A stretch of DNA of 51,512 nucleotides from Myxococcota bacterium (GCA_040752415.1 JBFMGU010000045.1:1-51512), one strand, 5' to 3'; positions 16,751-27,198 are shown, numbered from the stretch's first letter. Program-made: numbers and translations. Notes: generated by a model not told the origin, from the sequence alone.

Positions 16751-18853
16751 TCAGCCCCGCATCCGGGTCTGGCCAAACATTGAATGCTTCACCACCGTCT
16801 CCGGCTGGTCATCACCGTGGCGAACGGTGAAGACCACCCGGCGCGTCCATCCCAGGTCCAGATCGACAACGACGTGGGTGGCGTCCCGCGCCGCCCGCCA
16901 GCGGTTGACCTTCCGGCGCTCCCCCAATGCGGTCGTTGCCGCGGCAATGAGCTGGTCGGATGGGTCAGCCACCTCCTCGAACGCCGCGCACGTCTTGCAC
17001 GTGCGTGAACCTCCGGTCGGAACGTCCGCGACGCAGACGGAGCGCGCGCAGCTGCGACAGCTCGCGAAGTGGTCGTCGCACGTCGTACGCCGGCACACGG
17101 GGCATTCCCGCGTTCCCGCAAGGCTGAACGTCATCTCATCGACGTGACAGACCGAGTGATGCGCCGCGCAGGCCCTGCCACCGTCCTGCTCCCGCAAGGC
17201 GACCAGGTGCCCCACACAGTGCACCTTTCCATCCACCGTGCAGGTCCCGGAATGGTCCCCGCACACAAGGCCGCCACAGGAGCCACACGCAGCCACCTCG
17301 TCGCTGGCGAAGTACGCATGGGGATCATGGATGCAGCGGGCCACGTGGTGCTCGCACACCAACCGCCGCGAGCGGTCGGCGCGCCGGAGGTGCCGCGAGC
17401 AGTGGACGCGAGCGTCGACCGCACACAGGGCCTGGTGGCGCGTGCACACTGAGCGTTCGCAACTTGCACACCGCACCGTCTCGTCGCGGCCGACGGGCTC
17501 GGTGGCCCCACCTTCGCAGTAGCGCACGCACCGGGTGCAGAGGCGGCGTGATCCCAACGGCGCCTGCGCGGACGTGACGACGGCGTGCCGGTCACAGACC
17601 ATTCGCCGGCAGCTTGCACACGCGTGAACGCACTCCGCGCAGACGGGATGGCCTTCCTCCTCGCACAGTCGCTCGTGGGCGCTGCAGTGCGGCTTTCGGC
17701 ATGCGGCGCAACTCCGCGCATGGACGTCACAAGAGGCCATTCCGTCGACGTGGCACGTCACGGCGCCGTGGGTGCGGCAGCATCCCGTCGCGCACACGGA
17801 GCATAGGGTGCCGCACGCGCCACACGCCGCGTGATCGTGACGACACACCAGCAGCGCGCGGGGTTGGGAATGACCGCAGTGTGCGCACCCCACGGACCAC
17901 TTCCCCGATCCCACCAGGGCGCGAGTGGCCACGACGACGGCGGAATGGCCGTCCTTGCTGGTCACCCGCCATTCCGCGCGTTGCACCGGAATCGTGCACG
18001 CGCTCATCTGGACCGGGTGAACCACCGCCTTGACCTGATGGCGGCGAACCTCCTCTTCTCGGCGGCGACGCTGCTCGGATTCCACCGTGCGTCGTGCCTC
18101 TTCACTCCGCTCCGCCGAATCCTGCAGGATCGTCCGATAGTAGGTATCCAGCCGAGCCAGCTCGACCTGCAGAGACTTCGCCGCCGCAGCGCGCTGACCA
18201 TCGAGGTCCGGCGCCAACCTCTGCTCGAGGTCCCGCAGCATCAGGGAGACGATTTCCTGCACCTGTCGGGCCCCGATTCGTGGCATCCCGTCGGTGCCGA
18301 CCGGGTTGCCCTGCTGCAAGCACGCGGCCGCTACGTCCTCGGGGAGCAGTGCGGCCGTGCTCAGGTCAAACACGCCGCTTTCCTGGAGGTACGTGTGCAG
18401 GGACGCGCCGGCACGCACCTCGACACGCGCCACCAGACGTCCCGCCGGGTGACGCGCCAGGCGGACCTCCGGCGTGGCGGCCTGCCCATTGAGTACCGGC
18501 AGCTCCAGCCTTGCGGATTCAGCGTCCGTGGGCATGGTCGCTGGGACATCGCCCAGGTCCCAGCGCGTGCCCCGCGACCGGATGGCGCTGATGAACTGCT
18601 CCAACAGCGCACTGCCGACGACCAGCACGCTCGCCTCGGGATGGCTCTGCAGGGCCTGCACGGTGAAGGCGATGAGGACGCGGGCCTTGCCGTTGAACGC
18701 GGGCCGGTCCGGCGGCGGGATGTCCACCTCCACGCAGTCCGGTCCGAGCTCGCGGAGGGCACCGCCGCAGAGCGCCGCGTAGCGCTCGACGAGCTGGCGC
18801 AAGCGTGGATCGGCCGTAGCGCGGTGTTGGACGTCATGCGCCATGGCGGTCAC
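16751..18853 (-). CDS. YqhG-like protein with coiled coil and long C-terminal Cys/His zinc-finger array
   Basis: N-terminal LRQLVERY...CVEVDIP; ELARLDTYY coiled coil; >15 C-x2-[C/D]-x4-C-x2-[H/C] units. GTG start overlaps the helicase stop. Confidence 0.8.
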   Translation of the reverse strand: MTAMAHDVQHRATADPRLRQLVERYAALCGGALRELGPDCVEVDIPPPDRPAFNGKARVLIAFTVQALQSHPEASVLVVGSALLEQFISAIRSRGTRWDLGDVPATMPTDAESARLELPVLNGQAATPEVRLARHPAGRLVARVEVRAGASLHTYLQESGVFDLSTAALLPEDVAAACLQQGNPVGTDGMPRIGARQVQEIVSLMLRDLEQRLAPDLDGQRAAAAKSLQVELARLDTYYRTILQDSAERSEEARRTVESEQRRRREEEVRRHQVKAVVHPVQMSACTIPVQRAEWRVTSKDGHSAVVVATRALVGSGKWSVGCAHCGHSQPRALLVCRHDHAACGACGTLCSVCATGCCRTHGAVTCHVDGMASCDVHARSCAACRKPHCSAHERLCEEEGHPVCAECVHACASCRRMVCDRHAVVTSAQAPLGSRRLCTRCVRYCEGGATEPVGRDETVRCASCERSVCTRHQALCAVDARVHCSRHLRRADRSRRLVCEHHVARCIHDPHAYFASDEVAACGSCGGLVCGDHSGTCTVDGKVHCVGHLVALREQDGGRACAAHHSVCHVDEMTFSLAGTRECPVCRRTTCDDHFASCRSCARSVCVADVPTGGSRTCKTCAAFEEVADPSDQLIAAATTALGERRKVNRWRAARDATHVVVDLDLGWTRRVVFTVRHGDDQPETVVKHSMFGQTRMRG

Positions 18854-20985
18854 GGCCCAACCTCGTTCCGGCGCGGGACCAGCGGATCCGCATCGATCTC
18901 GACGAGAAGCAGCGGCAGGCGATCCGCCTGGACCTTCAACTGGACCGCCCGGCCCCGACCGGTCACGCCAGTCACCCGCACCAGCGGCCCGTAGTCCGGC
19001 GACACTTCCGCGGGCTCGACCACTGGGCTGTGCATGGCCTCGATCACCTCGTGAGGCAGCAGGGCAATCGCCTCGCAGTGCGCTTGGACGCCGCGCACCA
19101 GGCGCATCGCGGTGGTTCCGTAGGCCAGGCGCACCCGGGCGGGGATGGTGAGGTGGTGGAACTCGCGTTCGAGGTGCATCCGGTTGTCTTCCGCAGCCAC
19201 TTCCGAAGCCAGGCGCTCCTCGGCCAACCCCGCCTCCCGGCTCGCCTCGATGTCGCGACCGATCGCGTCCAACCTCCGCGTCAGGTCGTCCTCGGATTCC
19301 GCCTCCAGCCAGGCCGCGCCGAGCTTCTTCTCCAGGTCCTCGGCGCCACCAAACTCGCCGAGGATCACGTCCAGCTCGCCCACCACCAGCTCGAACAAAC
19401 GGATCTTCTGGTGCAGCAGCTCCAGGACGTGCGCCTCGATCGTCCCCGCCGCCGCGAGGTTGATGATGAACGCCTCCCGCGTCTGCCCGATGCGGTGGAT
19501 GCGCCCAATGCGCTGCTCGATCACCATCGGGTTCCAGGGCAGCTCGTAGTTCACCAGGACATTGCAGAACTGCAGGTTCAGGCCTTCCGTGCCTGAACGC
19601 GTGGACACGAAGACCGCATTGCGGCGCGAGCGGAACGCTTCCAAGCGCCGGAAGCGCTCTTCGCGCGAGAGACCGCCCTGGTACGACACCACCGGCCGGC
19701 CCTGCGCCTGGACCCGCTCGGCGATGAGGCGAAGCGTGGGCAGGTGCTCACTGAAGACGATGACCTGCTCCGGGTGCTCCGTCAGGACGTTCGCCAGGGC
19801 ATCCAGCTTGGCGTGCGACGACATCCTGCGCGCGGCCGCAGCAAGCTCGCTCGCCTTGCCACGGTACTCCGGCGTGACGTCTTCACCGTTCGCCATCGTC
19901 TCGAGGGATTCGGCCAGCGCCAGGGACGACGAGCAGAGGCGCTGACAAAGCCGGATGAGGTCCAGCCCCAGGAGCCCCTTGCCGGACCGCCGCTTCCGAC
20001 GCTCCGCGTTCTCCTCCACCTCTGATTCCGAGAGCTGGGCAAACCCCTCGCGGTGGAGCCCCCGAAGGAATGCCACGGTGGCCCGGTAGAGCAGGCTCTC
20101 CTCGCTCGAGAGCTCGACTCGGGGGTGCGTGGGCCGGCGCGGGGGCAGATGGACCGTCTCGGTAACGCTCGCGCGGCGCGTGCGGACCAAGGTCTGCGCG
20201 GTGAGCTCGCGCAGGGCGTCGGGATCACGCGGTCGGCGCCGGTCGTCCTGGTGAAGGTGTCGTTTCTGGAACTCACGCCAGGTGCCAAGCTGCCCGGGAC
20301 GCAGCAACGTCACCAGATTATAGAGCTCGCGCAGGTCGTTCTGCAGCGGAGTGGCTGTCAAGAGCAGAAGGTAATCGCGTTCGACCTTCTGCAGGAACTG
20401 GTACGTCTTGGATGTGTGATTCTTGACCTTGTGCGCCTCGTCCACGATCACGAGGTCCCAGCGGTGCTGCAAGATGGCCTGCGCGTGCTTCTCGCCGATG
20501 GCGCGGTGATACGACGCAATGGCCCGCTCGCAGCGGTGCCAGTCCTCGGGGCGCGTCGGTGTGTCGAACTCCTCGAGGAACTTGGATTCCAGCTCGCCTT
20601 GCCACTGCTCGACGAGGGCCGCAGGGGTCAGGATCAGGATCCGCCGCGCCAATCCGCGTACGGCCAGCTCCTTGAGGATGATTCCCGCCTCGATGGTCTT
20701 CCCGAGGCCCACCTCGTCCGCCAAGATGGCGCGGCCACCCATGTGAGCCAGCACGCGCAACGCCACGTCGATTTGGTGGGGCAGCTCCTCAATGGCGTTG
20801 GCATCCAGCGCGATGAGCCGGTCAAATCCCGGCGAGAGTGCCAGCGCCTCCGCCGCGCGCCGCAGTTGGAACCAGTCGCGGTCGGTCGCGGTCGGAGTCG
20901 CCGCGAGGCCGCGGACGAACGCGTCGAGCGAGCGTTCGTCCACCCGCCAGCGGTCCTGTTCCCCAATCAGCGTGGGCGTGGTCAT
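18850..20985 (-). CDS. SNF2-family helicase/ATPase (YqhH/RapA-like)
   Basis: LPHQ, ILADEVGLGKT, DEAH, LTATPLQN, GTEGLNLQ, LPWNP..IEQRIGRIHRIGQ. Confidence 0.93.
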   Translation of the reverse strand: MTTPTLIGEQDRWRVDERSLDAFVRGLAATPTATDRDWFQLRRAAEALALSPGFDRLIALDANAIEELPHQIDVALRVLAHMGGRAILADEVGLGKTIEAGIILKELAVRGLARRILILTPAALVEQWQGELESKFLEEFDTPTRPEDWHRCERAIASYHRAIGEKHAQAILQHRWDLVIVDEAHKVKNHTSKTYQFLQKVERDYLLLLTATPLQNDLRELYNLVTLLRPGQLGTWREFQKRHLHQDDRRRPRDPDALRELTAQTLVRTRRASVTETVHLPPRRPTHPRVELSSEESLLYRATVAFLRGLHREGFAQLSESEVEENAERRKRRSGKGLLGLDLIRLCQRLCSSSLALAESLETMANGEDVTPEYRGKASELAAAARRMSSHAKLDALANVLTEHPEQVIVFSEHLPTLRLIAERVQAQGRPVVSYQGGLSREERFRRLEAFRSRRNAVFVSTRSGTEGLNLQFCNVLVNYELPWNPMVIEQRIGRIHRIGQTREAFIINLAAAGTIEAHVLELLHQKIRLFELVVGELDVILGEFGGAEDLEKKLGAAWLEAESEDDLTRRLDAIGRDIEASREAGLAEERLASEVAAEDNRMHLEREFHHLTIPARVRLAYGTTAMRLVRGVQAHCEAIALLPHEVIEAMHSPVVEPAEVSPDYGPLVRVTGVTGRGRAVQLKVQADRLPLLLVEIDADPLVPRRNEVGP

Positions 20986-21167
20986 GGTCTTGGTGAGATT
21001 AGCGTGTCGGCGGCGATTTAGCCCGGCGGCGAACACCGCAGCGCGAGCCGAGCCGCGTCAGAACGTTCGGCGTGGTCGCTTTCCAGGTGATCGAGCCGAT
21101 GTCATGCGCGACATCATCGACGTCGTCCTGGGGTGGCGGCCCGTCTGGCGGTGTGGCGATGAGCGGA

Positions 21168-24100
21168 TCAGGGCGCGGGGGATGGACCGGTTCCCCCGTC
21201 GGGTGACGTCGTGGGAACGGGCGCGGCCATGGCCGGTGGCGGCGGGACCACGTCGGGGAAGCCGCGGCGCACGCTGGTGGGCTCCTGGGAGAGGAACAGG
21301 TCCAGCTCGCTGTCCGCCACGCGCACGCGCGGGTGACCCAGGCGCCGGTAGCAGTCCGCGCGGTGCTCCAGGAAGCGCTTGGTCCACGGCACGTGCGGCT
21401 CGAAGGCGCCCACCGCGTCGGCGCACAAGGGCCACTCCACGTGCGCGGCCAGCTCCACCACGCGGTGTCGCCGGTGCTCGTCGACGGCGTTGACGGGGAA
21501 GGGCTCCCGCAGCAGGGCGTGCAGCCGGCGCGCGCGCTCCTTGTCCGTGGTGCTCACCTCGCGCCCCGCCTCGCTCGCAAGCTCCACCGACCTGCGGATG
21601 ATGGGACGCCAGATCCACGCGTCGGTGTGCGCGCGCTGGAGCGTGGAGATGAGCAGGTCCACCGCCTCGGTCTTGCGACCCTGTCGCCAGCGCAACCGCG
21701 CCAGCACCGCGTTGGCCTCCGTGGGCTGGACCTCGCGCAGTCTCTCGACGAGCGGGACCGCCGCCTCATCACCCACCTCGGCGAAGGATTCGGCGGCCGC
21801 CGCCAGGGCCATGAACGTGCGCGGGGGCGGCAGCGCGCGCCACGCCTCGGCGGCGCGGCCCAGGTCCTCCTCGACGTAGTGCTCCAGCGCCTGCGCCAGC
21901 GGCTCCAACGCGACGGGAACCTCCAGCGTGTCGGGCCGGAGCTCCTGCACCACCGGTGCGCCCAGGCGCTCTTCCGCCACCAGGGTCCAGTCCACCTCGC
22001 CGGTGATGAGCGGCCGGTCCTCCCCGCGCTCCTGCGCCAGCTTCATCAGCTCCGACATCTGGAAACCATGACGACGTCCGACGTGCCGCGCGAAGCCGAA
22101 CTCCACCGGGCTCATGTCGTCGGTGTTGAGCCACGCACCTTCCTGGCGCGCAATCTCCGCGGCCAGCGAGGGACGCGCCACGTGGTGTGAGAGGAAACCC
22201 TCCAGCCCGCGCACCCGCCACGCGTTCTGCAAGGCGCTCTTGAACGGCTCGGTCTCCAGGCGGGCGCGCAGCGTGGCGGCGTCCATGGCCACGGGCTCGC
22301 GTGAGGCCACCAGCAACAGGTCGGTGCCCATCATGGTCTGCCACGTCTCCACCGACGGAAACACGCTGTGCAACGTGGCGTAGATGGTGCGCACCGTCTC
22401 CGCGTCCACCTCGTAGGCCTGCACCCACTGCAGGAACACACCGCCGGGTCGCAGGCGCGTGCTCACCGCCTGGTAGAACTCCTGCGTGAACAACGAAGCA
22501 ATGCCGGCGCGGTAGGGATTGGAGGGCTCGGAGAAGATGATGTCGTAGTCGCGTGAGGTCGTCAGCAGCACCTCGCGCGCGTCGCCGATGAAGTTGTGCA
22601 CCTTGGGATTGTTCATCACGTCCTGGTTCACCGGTGCGCACTTGCGCGCCACGTCCAGGATGGCCGGCTCCAGCTCCACCACGTCCACCCGTTCCATGCT
22701 GGGCACCACGCCAAGCCATCCCGCCGTGCTGCCCGTCCCCAGTCCCACCACCAGCGAGGTCTTCGGCTCCGCCAGCAACGCGGCCCCCACCAGGCCACCC
22801 ATCACCTGCGTGGGCGCATCACCGCGCGCGTTCCCGTCGATCTTGCCGTTCACCACGAAGGCGAGCCCGTCGGTGCCGGAGAGCGCCACCGTGGACTCCA
22901 CGCCGTCCTCCTCCCACACCACGTTCCGACGTGGACCGTGCTGCCAGTTCATCAGCCCATTGAGCGTGTACTCACTGAGCCGCGAGCGGTGCGCGCCCAC
23001 GCCGCCGTGACGCCACGCCGCGCTGGGACCGTCCTGCATCACCAGCCACAGCGCCGCCACCGCCGCCAGTCCCGTCGGCAGCACCCGCGCGGGCCGCTGC
23101 ATCCCTCCCGCCAGCGCACTGAGGCCACCCAGCGCGGCCAGCAACGCCACCACCATGCGCCAACAACCCGGCGCGGTGAGGGCGGGCATGAGCCCGAAGC
23201 CACCGGCCAGCGACCCGACGATGGAGCCCGCGGTGTTGTACGCGTACGCCAGGCCCACGTGTCGACCCACGTCGTGGTCGCCCTTGCCCAGCAGCGCAAT
23301 CAGCAGCGGGAACTGCGCGCCCGCGACAATGCTGGCCGGCAACACCACCACCGCCGCCACCAGCGACCACGCGATCACGCTGCCGAGGAATCCCAGCGCG
23401 GAGAGGTCGTGCAGCAGCAGCGCCAGCACGGCGAGGCGGTCTCCCAGCGCAAACGGGATGGCAATGAACAGCGCCTCCAGCGTGCAGGTCAGCGCAAAAC
23501 CCAGCAGCGTGGGTCGCCGGTTGCCGCCGAACGACGAGTACAATCCGCCGCCCAGACCAATGCCCAGCAGCGCCAGCGCCAGGATGAGCCCGAAGGTGTA
23601 CGACGAGCCGCCCAGCAGCGGGGCCAGCATGCGGTACCAGACCAGCTCCATCAGCAGGAACGCAAAACCCACCACCGCGGCCGCGGCGAGCACCAGGGCG
23701 GGGGCCGCGGCGGGTGCCTCGCTCGTCGGGGCGGGGGCCTCCGGCGCGGTCGACGGAGCGGCCTGGGCCACGGGCATCTCGCGCGCCAGCCCACGGGCCA
23801 GCAGCGCCACCAGCGCGTTGATGAGGCAGGCAATCCACAGCGTGGCGCGGATGCCAAAGACCTCCAGCAGCACGAACGTGCTCAACGTGGCGCCGGTCAC
23901 CGCGCCCAGGGTGTTGCACGCGTACAGCAGGCTCAGGTGCCGGCGCGCGTTGTCGTCGTGGCTCTCGGCCGCCTTGGCCGCGGCGGGCAGCGTGCCGCCC
24001 ATCAGCACCGTCGGAAGGAGCAGCACCAGCGCGCTCAACGCCAGACGCACCACCGTGCCCAGGAACATGCCCAGCGCCACGGTTCCGCCCAGCGCCACGT

Positions 24101-24392
24101 ACGCGCTGCGTGTGAGATCGACGAGGAGCGGCGTGACGGCGGCGGAGGCGGCAATCCCCAGCTCCAGGTTGGCGTAGAACATCAGCGGACGTTCACGCCC
24201 GTCGGCCTTGCGACCCAGCAGCGCGCTGCCCAGGCCCAGCCCGCCCATGAAGATGGCCAGCACCGCCGCGGAGGCCGCCGTCGACGCGCCAAAGATGAGC
24301 CGCAGCTCCCGCAGCCACGCGGTCTGGTAGATGAGCGCGCAGAAACCCGAGCCGAACAGCAACAACGCGATCTTCAGGACCACCAGGGGCAT
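21168..24392 (-). CDS. Fused multi-pass membrane protein/spermidine synthase with helical C-terminal tail
   Basis: SGFCALIYQ.AW.R.L..IFG, LYACNTLGA, NGKIDG, VVGLGTGST, VELEP, DIIFSEPSNP. Confidence 0.9.
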   Translation of the reverse strand: MPLVVLKIALLLFGSGFCALIYQTAWLRELRLIFGASTAASAAVLAIFMGGLGLGSALLGRKADGRERPLMFYANLELGIAASAAVTPLLVDLTRSAYVALGGTVALGMFLGTVVRLALSALVLLLPTVLMGGTLPAAAKAAESHDDNARRHLSLLYACNTLGAVTGATLSTFVLLEVFGIRATLWIACLINALVALLARGLAREMPVAQAAPSTAPEAPAPTSEAPAAAPALVLAAAAVVGFAFLLMELVWYRMLAPLLGGSSYTFGLILALALLGIGLGGGLYSSFGGNRRPTLLGFALTCTLEALFIAIPFALGDRLAVLALLLHDLSALGFLGSVIAWSLVAAVVVLPASIVAGAQFPLLIALLGKGDHDVGRHVGLAYAYNTAGSIVGSLAGGFGLMPALTAPGCWRMVVALLAALGGLSALAGGMQRPARVLPTGLAAVAALWLVMQDGPSAAWRHGGVGAHRSRLSEYTLNGLMNWQHGPRRNVVWEEDGVESTVALSGTDGLAFVVNGKIDGNARGDAPTQVMGGLVGAALLAEPKTSLVVGLGTGSTAGWLGVVPSMERVDVVELEPAILDVARKCAPVNQDVMNNPKVHNFIGDAREVLLTTSRDYDIIFSEPSNPYRAGIASLFTQEFYQAVSTRLRPGGVFLQWVQAYEVDAETVRTIYATLHSVFPSVETWQTMMGTDLLLVASREPVAMDAATLRARLETEPFKSALQNAWRVRGLEGFLSHHVARPSLAAEIARQEGAWLNTDDMSPVEFGFARHVGRRHGFQMSELMKLAQERGEDRPLITGEVDWTLVAEERLGAPVVQELRPDTLEVPVALEPLAQALEHYVEEDLGRAAEAWRALPPPRTFMALAAAAESFAEVGDEAAVPLVERLREVQPTEANAVLARLRWRQGRKTEAVDLLISTLQRAHTDAWIWRPIIRRSVELASEAGREVSTTDKERARRLHALLREPFPVNAVDEHRRHRVVELAAHVEWPLCADAVGAFEPHVPWTKRFLEHRADCYRRLGHPRVRVADSELDLFLSQEPTSVRRGFPDVVPPPPAMAAPVPTTSPDGGTGPSPAP

Positions 24393-24570
24393 GCAGGCGC
24401 ACCACGTCAGTTCTGCGTCGGCGACGGGCCGGGCGGGCTGGTTGTAGCCGCGGTGCCCGGGGGCACGGAACCCCCGCGTGGGCCTGCGCCGCTGCTTGAC
24501 CGCGCCGGGGGCCCATGCCGACGTCACCGACGGTCCAGCAGGCGGGAACGCGAGCGGAGACGGGTGACGC

Positions 24571-25473
24571 TCACCGTCCGGACGCGGAGGCGCGACGCTC
24601 GTCGAGCACCCGGCGCACCAGCTCCACCGACGAGATGGCCAGCGCCAACCAGATCAGCGCAAAGGTCACCACGTGCGCCGGACCCATGGGCTCCCGGAAC
24701 AGCGTCACCGCAAGCACGAACTGCAGGCTGGGCGTGAGGTACTGCAGCAGCCCCATCGTCGAGTAGGGGAGACGCTTGGCGCCCAGCGCGAACAGGAACA
24801 GCGGCAGCGCGCTCACCGCGCCCGTCGTCACCAGGAGCACGTCGGTGGTGGCGGTGGTGCTGGGGGCCTCCGCGCGCGTGAACAGCAGGTAGGTCACCGC
24901 CACCGGCGCCATCAGCAGGGACTCCACGCACGAGGCCACCATCGGCTCCATGGCCAGCTTCTTGCGCAGCAGCCCGTAGCTGCCGAACGAGCACGCCAGG
25001 AACAACGCCAGCCACGGCACCGAGGGGCCCTGCACCGCGAGATGGAGCACGCCCAGGGCGGCCAACGCCACCGCCACGCGCTGCGCCCGGCTGAGGCGCT
25101 CGCCCAGGAACACCGTGCCCAGCGCCACGTTGACCATGGGATTGATGAAGTAGCCCAGCGAGGATTCCAGCACCTGCCCGCTGGTCACGGCGTGGATGTA
25201 CACGCCCCAGTTGCTGGCCAAGAGCACGGCGGTGAGGACCAGCCACCGCAGGTGCACCCGACGCTCCGCGCTGCGCCACCACCGCAACGCCGTCTCGCGG
25301 AACACCACCAGCAACAGCGCCGCGCACAACACCGCCGACCAGGTGGCGCGGTGCGCCAGGATCCGCACGGGATCCACGCCCTTGAGCAGGTGGAAATACG
25401 CCGGGAACAACCCCCACAAACCGTATGCCGTGGTGGCCAGGATCACTCCGGCCCGCACGCTGGTGCCCTGCAT
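24571..25473 (-). CDS. rarD: EamA-family transporter RarD
   Basis: LWGLFP.YF, ILAHR..WS, NWGVYI, SLGYFINP, GLLQYLTPSLQF. Confidence 0.92.
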   Translation of the reverse strand: MQGTSVRAGVILATTAYGLWGLFPAYFHLLKGVDPVRILAHRATWSAVLCAALLLVVFRETALRWWRSAERRVHLRWLVLTAVLLASNWGVYIHAVTSGQVLESSLGYFINPMVNVALGTVFLGERLSRAQRVAVALAALGVLHLAVQGPSVPWLALFLACSFGSYGLLRKKLAMEPMVASCVESLLMAPVAVTYLLFTRAEAPSTTATTDVLLVTTGAVSALPLFLFALGAKRLPYSTMGLLQYLTPSLQFVLAVTLFREPMGPAHVVTFALIWLALAISSVELVRRVLDERRASASGR

Positions 25474-25520
25474 GGTCGCCTCCAGCCTTCGTGGACGGGA
25501 AAGCTAGCCATGCCGCACGG

Positions 25521-25587
25521 ACCATGACAGATTCAGCCAGGTCGAATTGTGACCAGCACAGTTCGTCCGGGCGCCAACTGTACTGGT
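25521..25587. promoter_or_regulatory. Putative MocR-type operator
   Basis: IR ACCAGCACAGTT (25552-25563) / AACTGTACTGGT (25576-25587), 1 mismatch, plus related box ACCATGACAGATT at 25521, between divergent rarD and the MocR gene. Confidence 0.6.
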
Positions 25588-25622
25588 GTGTCCGGGGCGC
25601 GGCTGTGCTGTAGGAGCGGCGC

Positions 25623-27035
25623 ATGCTGTACGCGGATGTGGCGGGTCGGATTGAAGGGCTCATCGAGGAGGGCGCGCTGCGGCCGGGGGACCGGGTGCCC
25701 AGCGTGCGCAAGCTGAGCAAGCAGCAGGACGTGAGCATCTCCACGGTGCTGCAGGCCTACAGCATCCTGGAGAGCAAGGGCCTCATCGAGGCGAGGCCGC
25801 AGAGTGGGTACTACGTGCGCCCGGGTCTGTTGCCGGTGCCGCAGGAGCCGCGCATGTGTCGACCCGCCCGTGCGCCGGTGCGGGTGCAACGCGCCAACCT
25901 GGCCCTGCGCATCTTCGAGGCGGAGCGGAAGGGAATCCTGGCGCCGCTGGCCAGCGCGCTGCCCGCGCCCGAGCTGTTTCCCACCCAGGGGCTCATGCGG
26001 GCGTTGTCGCGGGCGGGGCGTCGGTTGGGGCCCGCGGTGCACGCTTATGAGCACGTTCCCGGTTACCTGCCGCTCCGACGTCAGATCGCCCGTCGCTCGC
26101 TGGAATCCGGCTGCAGCCTCTCCCCCGACGAGGTGATCATCACCGTGGGGGCCATGGAGGCGTTGAACCTGTGCCTGCGCGCGGTGGCCCGGCCCGGCGA
26201 CACCATTGCCATCGAGTCGCCCACCTACTTCGGCATCCTGCAGGCCATGGAGAGCCTGGGGCTGCGCGCGCTGGAGATTCCCGCGCATCCGCGCGACGGC
26301 ATGGACGTGGACGCGCTCAAGGCCGCGCTGGCGCGCACGTCGGTGAAGGCGGTGGTGGCCATGCCCAACTTCAACAACCCGATGGGCAGCATGATGCCGG
26401 ATGGGCGCAAGCAGGAGCTGGTGGAGTTCCTGGCCCGCGCGGACATCCCGCTCATTGAAGACGACATCTACGGAGACCTCCCCGTCGGTGATGAGCGCCC
26501 GCGCGCCGCCAAGGCCTATGACACCCGCGGCAACGTGCTGCTGTGCTCCAGCTTCTCCAAGAGCCTCAGCCCGGGAGCGCGGGTGGGCTGGGTGGCGCCG
26601 GGCCGGTTCTTTGACGAGGTGCAGACCCTCAAGTTCATGAACACCATTGCCACGGCCACGGTGATGCAGGCGGGCGTGGCGGAGTTCCTCTCCAGCGGCG
26701 GTTATGACCGGCACCTGCGGCGCCTGCGTGTCACCTTCGCGCAGCAGGTGGACCGGGTGTGCGACGCGGTGGTGCGGCATTTTCCGTCGGGAACGCGGCT
26801 GACGCGTCCTTCGGGAGGTTTCGTGGTCTGGGTGGAGTTGCCGCGTGGCGTCGACGCGCTGGAGCTGGAGGAGCGCGCGGCGGCGGAGCGCATCCGGTTT
26901 GCCCCCGGCCCCATGTTCTCCGCGCGGGACAGCTTCCCCAACTTCCTGCGCCTCAACTGCGGGCATCCCTTCACGGAGCGGACCGACCTCGCGCTGCGCA
27001 TCCTGGGCCGCCTGGCGCGCGAGATGGCGGCGTGA
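25623..27035 (+). CDS. MocR/GntR-family regulator with PLP aminotransferase domain (YdcR-like)
   Basis: GDRVPSVR.L..Q..VSISTV.QAY..LE..GLIEARPQSGYYV; IEDDIYG; SSFSKSLSPG.RVGW. Confidence 0.95.
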   Translation: MLYADVAGRIEGLIEEGALRPGDRVPSVRKLSKQQDVSISTVLQAYSILESKGLIEARPQSGYYVRPGLLPVPQEPRMCRPARAPVRVQRANLALRIFEAERKGILAPLASALPAPELFPTQGLMRALSRAGRRLGPAVHAYEHVPGYLPLRRQIARRSLESGCSLSPDEVIITVGAMEALNLCLRAVARPGDTIAIESPTYFGILQAMESLGLRALEIPAHPRDGMDVDALKAALARTSVKAVVAMPNFNNPMGSMMPDGRKQELVEFLARADIPLIEDDIYGDLPVGDERPRAAKAYDTRGNVLLCSSFSKSLSPGARVGWVAPGRFFDEVQTLKFMNTIATATVMQAGVAEFLSSGGYDRHLRRLRVTFAQQVDRVCDAVVRHFPSGTRLTRPSGGFVVWVELPRGVDALELEERAAAERIRFAPGPMFSARDSFPNFLRLNCGHPFTERTDLALRILGRLAREMAA

Positions 27036-27042
27036 CCGGGTG

Positions 27043-27190
27043 ACCCGAGGGAAAGCGGTACTGCATACCGCAGTCCGAAAGTGCCGGACCTTTCTGCGCG
27101 GATGCCACGTCGGCACGTGCGGCCCGGGAAGAGCGGATGAGCGCGGCCGCACTTTCGGACTGCGGTATGAAGTACCGCTTTCCCTCGGGT
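27043..27190. repeat. REPIN-like element, 42-bp inverted repeat (same REP family as 11254-11497)
   Basis: ACCCGAGGGAAAGCGGTACTGCATACCGCAGTCCGAAAGTGC at 27043-27084 / 27149-27190, 1 mismatch; fills the gap between convergent genes. Confidence 0.85.
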
Positions 27191-27198
27191 GAGCGGCG

